Below are positions 26,725 to 33,800 of a stretch of DNA of 36,107 nt, in pieces. The number at the start of each line of letters is the position of its first letter. The stretch's first letter is position 1. Both the position numbers and the translations under genes were made by a program. The notes beneath the pieces were generated by a model. It had not been told where the DNA came from, made no database searches, and saw nothing but the letters and a program-made list of their open reading frames with translations. This stretch comes from a virus, in the IMG/VR virus record IMGVR_UViG_3300025502_000077. One strand, written 5' to 3'.

Positions 26725-26748
26725 TGTGTGACCTCTATTGTTTGGTGT

Positions 26749-26774
26749 GCCCCTTGCGGGGCGCTGATTAGTCT
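26749..26774 (-). repeat. Copy 1 of a 26-nt repeat carrying a GNRA-tetraloop hairpin (mRNA sense AGACTAATCAGC-GCCCC-GCAA-GGGGC)
   Basis: Identical 26-mer at 26953-26978; each lies upstream of the RBS of an early ORF. Confidence 0.8.
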
Positions 26775-26822
26775 ATAGTGCTGCGCGGATGTGTTCGCCA
26801 TCAATTTCTAGCTCCCAATATT

Positions 26823-26915
26823 TCATAATATACCGCCTATTGTAGTGAGTTCAAGGGTGACCAGCAGCACGCCTAAGAGCGCTACGATCCAAGTGAGTGC
26901 AAGTAATTCTTTCAT
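26823..26915 (-). CDS. Possible 30-aa hydrophobic peptide
   Basis: MKELLALTWIVALLGVLLVTLELTTIGGIL; GGAG 10 nt upstream. Very short, so uncertain. Confidence 0.3.
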   Translation of the reverse strand: MKELLALTWIVALLGVLLVTLELTTIGGIL

Positions 26916-26952
26916 GCTATTGTTCTCCTTTGTTTGTCTGTTTGTTTGCTTG

Positions 26953-26978
26953 GCCCCTTGCGGGGCGCTGATTAGTCT
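26953..26978 (-). repeat. Copy 2 of the 26-nt hairpin repeat
   Basis: Identical to 26749-26774 (offset 204 nt). Confidence 0.8.
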
Positions 26979-26993
26979 TACTGTTTCAACTGT

Positions 26994-27140
26994 TTAGTCG
27001 TAAGGATAAATTATATCCTCTTTGATAATATAGTCCGTGAGGTTGTGCTCAGATATTATCTCCATTATCTGCCCTTCAGTTGCAGCGGCACCAATGTATT
27101 GACCATTAGCTATCAGTATATAAATCGTCTGCTCTATCAT
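26994..27140 (-). CDS. First early ORF (48 aa), hypothetical; not in the supplied ORF track
   Basis: MIEQTIYILIANGQYIGAAATEGQIMEIISEHNLTDYIIKEDIIYPYD; AGGAG 7 nt upstream of the ATG at 27140. Confidence 0.45.
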   Translation of the reverse strand: MIEQTIYILIANGQYIGAAATEGQIMEIISEHNLTDYIIKEDIIYPYD

Positions 27141-27205
27141 TTTGTTAGCTCCTGCACCGTTTTGGTGCGTTTATTTGTTTATGTCTTTCACTTCTTGATG
27201 GTTCC

Positions 27206-27233
27206 ACTATATAGAATGCAAGCAGGCAGTCAA
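27206..27233 (-). promoter_or_regulatory. Leftward early promoter candidate (sigma70)
   Basis: Minus strand: TTGACT-N16-TATAGT, about 65 nt upstream of the first early ORF. Confidence 0.55.
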
Positions 27234-27262
27234 GTATTTATATATACCGTAATAGCATAAGC

Positions 27263-27292
27263 ATATAACCATTAGGACACACCAGGTGTCAA
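27263..27292 (-). promoter_or_regulatory. Second leftward promoter candidate (perfect -35, weak -10)
   Basis: Minus strand: TTGACA-N18-TTATAT. Confidence 0.35.
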
Positions 27293-27402
27293 TAGCCTAC
27301 AGTGCTAACGATCCAGGTCTTCATAAGCTGCAGTGATATAGGTGGGGGTGCTGGGTGGTCTGTATAGTACCACTATAGACTCTCACTCCTCACTCTACAG
27401 CC

Positions 27403-27422
27403 TGTGGATAACCTGTGGATAA
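27403..27422. promoter_or_regulatory. Two tandem perfect DnaA boxes (TGTGGATAA = complement of TTATCCACA), 11-bp phasing
   Basis: CCTGTGGATAACCTGTGGATAAC read directly. A degenerate third box TGTTGATTA lies at 27564-27572. Confidence 0.75.
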
Positions 27423-27691
27423 CTATAGAGGTGGGTGTTCTTTAGAGGCCGGGGAGGGTCTGGGGTGTGCGGAGATTGTTACTGTACCCGCCTAGATACA
27501 AAAAAGGGTCAAATTAGAACAATAATAACAAGGCAGTAGACAGTCTGTGTAGTCCTTGTAAGCTGTTGATTACTATAGAGAATAAGGGCGGGGCTGCGGA
27601 GTCTCTAGGGCTGCTGAGATCCGCTGATGAAGGGACGGGGATGTATGTAACAGCCCTATGTAATTTATTTACTCTATATAGTAATCTCTGC

Positions 27692-27720
27692 TTGACTTTT
27701 GCTCTAAAATATGCTATAAT
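27692..27720 (+). promoter_or_regulatory. Rightward (late/structural) sigma70 promoter
   Basis: TTGACT (27692-27697) - 17 nt - TATAAT (27715-27720) with TGc extended -10. Confidence 0.7.
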
Positions 27721-27722
27721 AG

Positions 27723-27734
27723 ACTCTATAGAGT
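27723..27734. promoter_or_regulatory. 12-bp perfect palindrome ACTCTATAGAGT at the predicted transcription start (operator candidate)
   Basis: Lies 2 nt after the -10. The related CTCTATAGAG is at 25446-25455 and TCTCTAGAGA at 25357-25366. Confidence 0.5.
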
Positions 27735-27883
27735 TAAGTAAGAGACCTTTTAAAGACTTGATAGAGACCCTAAAAGAATAACTACTTTCAACTTCCAGTA
27801 GTTGTTCTCGTAGAAACCCTAAAAGACATTAAAAGATCTCTTGTTTAACTAAACAGAACTTTATAGACTATAGAGGCAATTCT

Positions 27884-28264
27884 GTGTCTGAGAACAAAAG
27901 AGTAGGCAGGCCCTCAAAGAAGGATGTTTCATCTGTTAAGAAAGGTAACAGGAATTCTGTTGGTAGACCCAAAGGGGATGCTGCTACAATCAATGAGTAC
28001 AAAGCACGTATGCTTGCATCTCCTAAGAGTAGGAAGGTGTTAGACAGTATCCTCAATGCAGCTCTTGATGACGATCACAAGAACCAGGCAGCAGCATGGA
28101 AGTTGTGTATGGATCGTTTGTTACCTGTTAGCTATTTCGAGAAGGATAAGGCTGGAGGAGGCAGAGGCGCTATCAACATATCTATTACTGGTGTTGGTGG
28201 TGAGACTACTGTTATCTCAGGCGGTGAAGAAGACATAGAAGAGGGTAACTATTCAGATGTATGA
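27884..28264 (+). CDS. Putative small terminase / DNA-binding protein (126 aa, GTG start)
   Basis: Basic N-terminus with two GRP(S/K)K motifs, then ...AAWKLCMDRLLP, resembling DUF5681/TerS-like proteins. It lies upstream of TerL. AGAGG RBS. Confidence 0.45.
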   Translation: MSENKRVGRPSKKDVSSVKKGNRNSVGRPKGDAATINEYKARMLASPKSRKVLDSILNAALDDDHKNQAAAWKLCMDRLLPVSYFEKDKAGGGRGAINISITGVGGETTVISGGEEDIEEGNYSDV

Positions 28265-28631
28265 TATTAACCAAGACTTAGACTATTTCACCAAAGAAGA
28301 GTTTGCCTGTCAGCACACAGGTGACAACGAGATTAAAGATACATTCCTATTGAAGCTAGACTTGCTTAGAGCTAGGTGTGGTTTCCCATTTGTTATAACT
28401 AGCGGCTATCGTAGCCCAGAACATCCCATTGAATCACGTAAGGAGAAACCAGGAACTCATGCCCAAGGCATTGCAGCGGACATTAAAGTTAGTACGGCAC
28501 AACAAAGGTACACGTTGGTTGAGGAAGCTATCAAGATGGGATTTGGAGGCATTGGAATACACAGTGTGTTCGTCCATATTGATATGCGCAGTGTTAACGG
28601 TAATGCTAAACCTGTAATGTGGTTGTACTGA
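28257..28631 (+). CDS. Peptidase M15 (Zn D-Ala-D-Ala carboxypeptidase-fold) endolysin (124 aa)
   Basis: SGYRSPEH...GTHAQGIAADI...VHID gives the H-x6-D...H zinc ligand pattern of the Peptidase_M15_3 family. No signal peptide is evident. Confidence 0.75.
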   Translation: MYDINQDLDYFTKEEFACQHTGDNEIKDTFLLKLDLLRARCGFPFVITSGYRSPEHPIESRKEKPGTHAQGIAADIKVSTAQQRYTLVEEAIKMGFGGIGIHSVFVHIDMRSVNGNAKPVMWLY

Positions 28632-29885
28632 GTGTCTGACTTAAACGTCTCACTGTTGCCGTGGCAGCAGAAGGTCTGGAATGATCCCATACGCTTCCAA
28701 GTAATAGCTGCTGGTAGACGTACAGGTAAGTCCCGCTTAGCTGCGTGGAAGTTAATCATTGAAGGCTTAGGCGCTACTAAAGGTAGTGTCTTCTACGTTG
28801 CTCCTACACAGGGGCAGGCTAGAGACATTATGTGGGACATGCTGCTTGAGCTAGGTAACCCTGTTATTGCTAGCAGCCACGTTAACAACCTACAGATTAA
28901 GCTCATCAATGGCGCTACCATAGCCCTAAAAGGCGCTGACAGACCAGAGACTATGCGTGGTGTTAGCCTCAAGTTCCTGGTTATGGATGAGTATGCTGAC
29001 ATGAAGCCAGAGGTGTGGGAGCAAATCCTACGCCCAGCTCTAGCGGATCAGAAAGGTTCTGCGATGTTTATTGGTACGCCAATGGGTCGTAACCACTTCT
29101 ATGACTTGTACCAGTATTCCTGTATAGCTGATGACGACACTTTCGCTGGTTACCACTTTACAAGTTACGACAACCCGTTGCTAGATCCAGATGAGATTGA
29201 AGCAGCTAAGAAGTCCATGTCTACCTTCTCGTTTAGACAAGAGTTTATGGCGTCCTTTGAGGCACAAGGCAGTGAGCTGTTTAAAGAAGACTATATCAAG
29301 TTTGATGACAAGGAGCCGGAAGATGGTGAGTATTATATTGCTGTCGATTTGGCTGGATTTGCAGACGTTCAGAAGGTCACAACCAAGACTAAACGCTTGG
29401 ATGAAACAGCTATATCTGTTGTTAAAGCGAGTGTTGACGGTTGGTGGGTTGCTAATATCATACATGGCCGCTGGGGCGTCGAAGAGACTGCCAGACGAAT
29501 CTTTGAAGCAGTTAGAGACTATAAGCCAATTGCAGTGGGCATCGAGAAAGGAGCGTTAAAGAACGCTGTCTACCCTTACCTGAACGACATGATGAAGAAG
29601 AACCAGCAGTTCTTTCGTGTTGAAGAGCTTACACACGGCAACAAGAAGAAGACAGACCGTATCGTATGGGCGCTACAAGGCCGCTTTGAACACGGAACAA
29701 TAACGCTTAACAAAGGCAGTTGGAACCCTCAGTTCTTAGATGAATTGTTTCAGTTCCCTAACCCATTAGTCCACGATGACTTGATAGATTCTCTAGCGTA
29801 TATAGACCAGCTTGCTAAGGTTGCTTACTCTTTTGACTATGAAGAAGACGACTATGAATTTTTAGATAAATACGCGGGATACTAG
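28632..29885 (+). CDS. terL: Terminase large subunit (417 aa, GTG start abutting the upstream stop)
   Basis: Walker A AAGRRTGKS, Walker B FLVMDE, and a C-terminal RNaseH-like nuclease region (IAVDLAG...D...HDD). Followed by the portal gene. Confidence 0.85.
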   Translation: MSDLNVSLLPWQQKVWNDPIRFQVIAAGRRTGKSRLAAWKLIIEGLGATKGSVFYVAPTQGQARDIMWDMLLELGNPVIASSHVNNLQIKLINGATIALKGADRPETMRGVSLKFLVMDEYADMKPEVWEQILRPALADQKGSAMFIGTPMGRNHFYDLYQYSCIADDDTFAGYHFTSYDNPLLDPDEIEAAKKSMSTFSFRQEFMASFEAQGSELFKEDYIKFDDKEPEDGEYYIAVDLAGFADVQKVTTKTKRLDETAISVVKASVDGWWVANIIHGRWGVEETARRIFEAVRDYKPIAVGIEKGALKNAVYPYLNDMMKKNQQFFRVEELTHGNKKKTDRIVWALQGRFEHGTITLNKGSWNPQFLDELFQFPNPLVHDDLIDSLAYIDQLAKVAYSFDYEEDDYEFLDKYAGY

Positions 29886-29887
29886 AT

Positions 29888-31906
29888 ATGGAATTAGATC
29901 AAGACAAGTTTACGATTGAGCAGTCACTAGAAGGATGGGTAGGCGAGAAGTGCTTAGCATGGCGCGACAACTTTGAAGAGAACTATTCCCAACGCTTTGA
30001 CGAGTACTACCGCCTCTGGCGTGGTCAATGGTCTGCTGAAGACAGAACGCGAGAGTCTGAGCGATCTAAGATTATTAGTCCTGCGTTACAACAAGCTGTT
30101 GAGTCTTCTGTAGCTGAGCTGGAAGAAGCTACCTTTGGTCGTGGTAAGTGGTTCGACCTCAAAGACGATAAGATGGATCAGAACCCAGAAGACATTGCGT
30201 TGCTTCGTGAGCTTCTATACGCTGACTTTAAAAGAAACCGCATCCGTAAAGGCGTTGCTGAGTGTATCTTGAATGCTGCCATCTTTGGTACAGGTATTGC
30301 TGAGATAGTCATTACAGAAGAGAAAGAGTTTCAACCAGCCACACAGCCTATTATGGACGGTGAGCTGACGGCAGTAGGTGTTAACATTGTTGACCGCACT
30401 TGCGTTAAGCTGAACCCTATTATGCCACAGAACTTCCTTATTGATCCACTGGCTACGTCTGTTGAAGACGCTATGGGCTGTGCTGTCGATGAGTTTGTTT
30501 CTATGCACATTGTAGAGCAGCTCCAGGAGCAAGGTGTTTACCGCGAAGCTGAGATCTCTAATGCTTCCCCTGACTTTGACATTGAACCTGATCAAGACCT
30601 TACCTCGTTTGATGAAGACAAAGTGCGTCTGACCAAATACTTTGGACTTGTTCCCCGCCACCTCCTTAACGAAGCTATGAAGGAAAGCGATGACGAAGAA
30701 GTTATAGAGTTTGATGACGAAGACGATAGCTACTACGTTGAAGCTGTTGTTGTCATAGCTAACGACGGTACTTTGCTCAAGGCTGAGAAGAACCCCTACA
30801 TGATGGGTGATCGACCTATTGTTGCATTCCCGTGGGATGTTGTTCCTAGCCGATTCTGGGGTCGTGGAGTATGTGAGAAAGGCTACAACAGTCAGAAGGC
30901 GTTAGACGCGGAACTACGCGCTCGTATTGATGCTCTTGCTCTCACTATCCACCCAATGATGGCAATGGACGCAAGTCGTATGCCTAGAGGCTCTAAGCCA
31001 GAGATTAGACCTGGTAAGATTATCCTTACCAACGGCGATCCTCGTGAGGTTCTACAGCCATTTAACTTTGGTCAAGTAGGTCAGGTTACCTTTGCACAGG
31101 CAGAGGCTCTACAACGTATGGTACAGACCGCTACAGGCGCTATAGACTCAGCCGGTACGTCAGGGTCTATTAACGGCGATGCGACCGCTGCGGGCATCTC
31201 TATGAGCTTAGGAGCGATCATTAAGCGTCACAAGCGCACATTGATTAACTTCCAAGAAGCTTTCCTGATACCTTTCGTTACAAAAGCAGCACACAGGTAT
31301 ATGCAGTTTGAGCCTGAGATGTATCCAGTAGCTGACTACAAGTTTGAAACGTCTAGTAGCTTAGGTATCATTGCTCGTGAGTATGAAGTTACGCAGCTTG
31401 TACAGCTCCTGCAAACTATGTCTCCAGATACGCCAATGTACCCGCAATTGGTACAGTCAATCATTGACAACATGAACCTGTCTAACCGTGAAGAGCTTAT
31501 TGCATCTCTCAAGCAAGCTAATGAGCCTAATCCAGAAGCTCAACAAGCACAACAAGCTACTCAACAGGCTCAATTGCAGTTCCAGGCGTCACAAACCGCT
31601 GCTCTTAACGGTCAAGCCTCTGAATCACAAGCTAGAGCGCAGAAACTGGTTATGGAAACGCAGATTATGCCTCAAGAGCTTGAAATTAACCGTATTAAGG
31701 CTGTTACAACCAACCTGCAGGCGGGAGATACAGACGATAAAGAGTTTGAGAAGCGTTTAAAGATCTCTCAGCAGCTTCTAAAAGAGCGTGAAGTAGCTGT
31801 TAAAGAGGGTAACCCTGTCTCAGCAACTCCAGCACCTGCTGCGCAGCCACAGCCGCGACCAACTCCACAAGCAACCTTTCCACCACAAGGACAATTGCCG
31901 CAATGA
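29888..31906 (+). CDS. Portal protein (672 aa)
   Basis: Immediately downstream of TerL; size is appropriate; FDEYYRLWRGQW region; Gln/Pro-rich C-terminal tail. Confidence 0.7.
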   Translation: MELDQDKFTIEQSLEGWVGEKCLAWRDNFEENYSQRFDEYYRLWRGQWSAEDRTRESERSKIISPALQQAVESSVAELEEATFGRGKWFDLKDDKMDQNPEDIALLRELLYADFKRNRIRKGVAECILNAAIFGTGIAEIVITEEKEFQPATQPIMDGELTAVGVNIVDRTCVKLNPIMPQNFLIDPLATSVEDAMGCAVDEFVSMHIVEQLQEQGVYREAEISNASPDFDIEPDQDLTSFDEDKVRLTKYFGLVPRHLLNEAMKESDDEEVIEFDDEDDSYYVEAVVVIANDGTLLKAEKNPYMMGDRPIVAFPWDVVPSRFWGRGVCEKGYNSQKALDAELRARIDALALTIHPMMAMDASRMPRGSKPEIRPGKIILTNGDPREVLQPFNFGQVGQVTFAQAEALQRMVQTATGAIDSAGTSGSINGDATAAGISMSLGAIIKRHKRTLINFQEAFLIPFVTKAAHRYMQFEPEMYPVADYKFETSSSLGIIAREYEVTQLVQLLQTMSPDTPMYPQLVQSIIDNMNLSNREELIASLKQANEPNPEAQQAQQATQQAQLQFQASQTAALNGQASESQARAQKLVMETQIMPQELEINRIKAVTTNLQAGDTDDKEFEKRLKISQQLLKEREVAVKEGNPVSATPAPAAQPQPRPTPQATFPPQGQLPQ

Positions 31907-32043
31907 TTACAGACAGAGACCTACAGCACGTAGTATCACAGGTAAACGCTAAGTTTGAAGAGTTATTTAAGCGTTTAGAGAAATTAGAGGCTAAAGAGGA
32001 GAAGCCCAATGGCAACGCCAAGAAAGGGCAAAGCAAAAGTTAA
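31903..32043 (+). CDS. Possible 46-aa coiled/basic miniprotein (ATGA-coupled to the portal stop)
   Basis: MITDRDLQHVVSQVNAKFEELFKRLEKLEAKEEKPNGNAKKGQSKS. It overlaps the next ORF by 35 nt. Confidence 0.3.
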   Translation: MITDRDLQHVVSQVNAKFEELFKRLEKLEAKEEKPNGNAKKGQSKS

Positions 32044-32263
32044 GGTTACCTCTAGCGGCAAGAAAGTAAGCTACGGACAGGCAGGTAAAGCCGAAGGCGG
32101 AGGTCCCCGCGTAAAACCAGGGACTTCCAAAGGCGACAGCTACTGTGCTAGAAGCTTAGGTATTAAGAAAGGCTTATCTAAAGACAAACAGAACGATCCC
32201 AACACTCCCAATAACCTTTCACGCAAGCGCTGGAAGTGTTCAGGAGCTAAGTCTAAAAAGTGA
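32009..32263 (+). CDS. Highly basic 84-aa protein
   Basis: GAGGAG RBS 7 nt upstream; KPGTSKGDSYCARSLGIKKG...DPNTPNNLSRKRWKC looks like a conserved small phage/virus protein I cannot name. Confidence 0.6.
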   Translation: MATPRKGKAKVKVTSSGKKVSYGQAGKAEGGGPRVKPGTSKGDSYCARSLGIKKGLSKDKQNDPNTPNNLSRKRWKCSGAKSKK

Positions 32264-32271
32264 GGTGTTAA

Positions 32272-32385
32272 ATGAAGTGTTCATCATGTGGCGGAAGCCA
32301 TACAAAGAAAGGCAACAAGATGCCTATTAGAGGCCAACGGGCTGTAAAGAACAAAGCATCTGCAGCTAAAAAGAAGAAGAAATAG
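32272..32385 (+). CDS. 37-aa Lys-rich miniprotein with an N-terminal CxxC; not in the supplied ORF track
   Basis: MKCSSCGGSHTKKGNKMPIRGQRAVKNKASAAKKKKK; GAGGTG RBS. Confidence 0.4.
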   Translation: MKCSSCGGSHTKKGNKMPIRGQRAVKNKASAAKKKKK

Positions 32386-32388
32386 TAC

Positions 32389-32417
32389 TTGACTTTTAAG
32401 TGAAAGTGTGCTATAAT
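32389..32417 (+). promoter_or_regulatory. Internal sigma70 promoter upstream of the scaffold/capsid genes
   Basis: TTGACT (32389-32394) - 17 nt - TATAAT (32412-32417) with TGc extended -10. It shares CTTGACTTTT...TGCTATAATA with the 27692 promoter. Confidence 0.7.
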
Positions 32418-32459
32418 ACATCAGTAATTCAACTAAACTGTCCTTAATGGAGAAACAGT

Positions 32460-32717
32460 ATGATCGATAAAGAACTTGAGCAATACTACACTGTGTACCG
32501 TGAAATGTTTATGACACCTGGTTGGAAGCAGCTCCAGGAAGATCTAGCACAGAATGCAGGTATTGTTAACTCAGTTGAAGCGTGTAAAGATGGCGATAAT
32601 CTGCATTTCCGTAAAGGTCAACTTGCAATCTTAGCCAACTTAATCAACTTAGAAGCTCAGATTAAAGCAGCAGAAGAACAAGCAAATGAAGAAGAAGAGC
32701 TAGAAGAGGCTGCATAA
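32460..32717 (+). CDS. Hypothetical protein (85 aa), head module
   Basis: GGAGAAA RBS; acidic C-terminus. Confidence 0.55.
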   Translation: MIDKELEQYYTVYREMFMTPGWKQLQEDLAQNAGIVNSVEACKDGDNLHFRKGQLAILANLINLEAQIKAAEEQANEEEELEEAA

Positions 32718-32947
32718 TGGCCTTGCTCTTTGATTTTGAATGTTCAGGTGGACACATAGAAGAACACTTTGTATCTTCGGATACTAGAGAAGTTACTTGT
32801 CCACACTGCAAAAGAATAGCAACAAGGATTCAATCTCCTGTGCGCTCAGCGCTTGATCCGATCTCTGGTGATTTTAACGGTGCTACCGATAAATGGATGA
32901 GGAACCGCGCACAGAAGCTAAAGCAAGAACAGAAGGCTAACTCGTAA
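32717..32947 (+). CDS. FmdB-like zinc-ribbon protein (76 aa)
   Basis: FECSGGH...CPHCKR arrangement, typical of CxxC-type zinc-ribbon regulatory-like proteins. Confidence 0.55.
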   Translation: MALLFDFECSGGHIEEHFVSSDTREVTCPHCKRIATRIQSPVRSALDPISGDFNGATDKWMRNRAQKLKQEQKANS

Positions 32948-33001
32948 GAACCCTTCTATACAACTTACCTCCATAATGAGAGTACTCACGGAGTTTTAAT
33001 A

Positions 33002-33775
33002 ATGGCAACACTACTAGACGAGCGTCTTGAAGACGAAAATGAAGAAGCATCTAATTTTGAAGAGACTCAAGAAGAGATTCAAGAGCAACCTCCTCAAGAA
33101 GACGAAATCCCTGAGAAATACCAAGGAAAATCAACTGCTGATATTGTAAGGATGCACCAGGAAGCTGAGAAGCTTCTAGGAAAGCAAAGCGGTGAAGTAG
33201 GGGAGCTTCGGAAAGTAGTCGATAGTTATATTCAGACACAACTCGACACAACAACAACACCAGAACCTGACGAAGATATAGACTTTTTCTCAGACCCCGA
33301 AAAGGCAGTCGAGAGAGCTATTAACAATCATCCTAAGATGAAGCAAGCCGAAGCCGTTACACAGCAATACCAGAAGCAATCAGCAATGACTCAGTTGGAG
33401 AAGAAACACCCTGACATGAGCACAGTGCTACAAGATTCTAAGTTTGTTGAATGGATTAAAGCTTCTAAGATTAGGACTCAGCTCTTTGCACAGGCAGACA
33501 AGCAGTATGACTATGAAGCTGCAGATGAACTTTTCACTAATTGGAAGGAACGTCAAGGAATAGTAGCTCAGACTGTAGCTAATGAGAAGGCAGAAAGAAA
33601 AACTGCAATTAAGACTGCATCAACAGGCAACACCAAAGGAAGTGGTGAGCAGCAGTCTCGTAAAGTTTATAGACGCGCCGACATTATTAAACTCATGCAG
33701 GACGATCCTGATCGGTATTTATCCTTGTCTGATGAGATCATGCAAGCATACCAGGAAGGGAGAGTCCGCAACTAA
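33002..33775 (+). CDS. Scaffolding protein (257 aa)
   Basis: Directly upstream of the capsid gene; very acidic N-terminus; helical, charged composition. Confidence 0.6.
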   Translation: MATLLDERLEDENEEASNFEETQEEIQEQPPQEDEIPEKYQGKSTADIVRMHQEAEKLLGKQSGEVGELRKVVDSYIQTQLDTTTTPEPDEDIDFFSDPEKAVERAINNHPKMKQAEAVTQQYQKQSAMTQLEKKHPDMSTVLQDSKFVEWIKASKIRTQLFAQADKQYDYEAADELFTNWKERQGIVAQTVANEKAERKTAIKTASTGNTKGSGEQQSRKVYRRADIIKLMQDDPDRYLSLSDEIMQAYQEGRVRN

Positions 33776-33800
33776 ACTCTTATTATAGGAAATAAACAAC

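Noticed and set aside
26773-26826. 17-aa ORF (MKYWELEIDGEHIRAAL), ATGA-coupled to the 30-aa peptide ORF
   Set aside because: Too short to support without expression or conservation data.
27366-27440. Resemblance of ..CACTATAGA.. / ..ACTATAGAG.. to the core of T7/SP6-type single-subunit RNAP promoters
   Set aside because: The -17 to -8 specificity region is not conserved between copies, and no RNAP gene is present in the closed genome. I treat it as a short operator- or iteron-like motif instead.
27341-27475. Possible G-quadruplex from runs GGG..GGGG.GGG...GGGG
   Set aside because: One loop would be about 15 nt and the runs are short. It is kept only as a note under the origin finding.
25645-27781. 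Plus-strand ORFs in the early/control region (25645-25833, 25686-25883, 26040-26345, 27045-27260, 27566-27781)
   Set aside because: They have no RBS and odd Leu/Ser/Cys-rich composition. They overlap minus-strand ORFs that do have good RBSs and coupling, and 27566-27781 runs straight through the late promoter.
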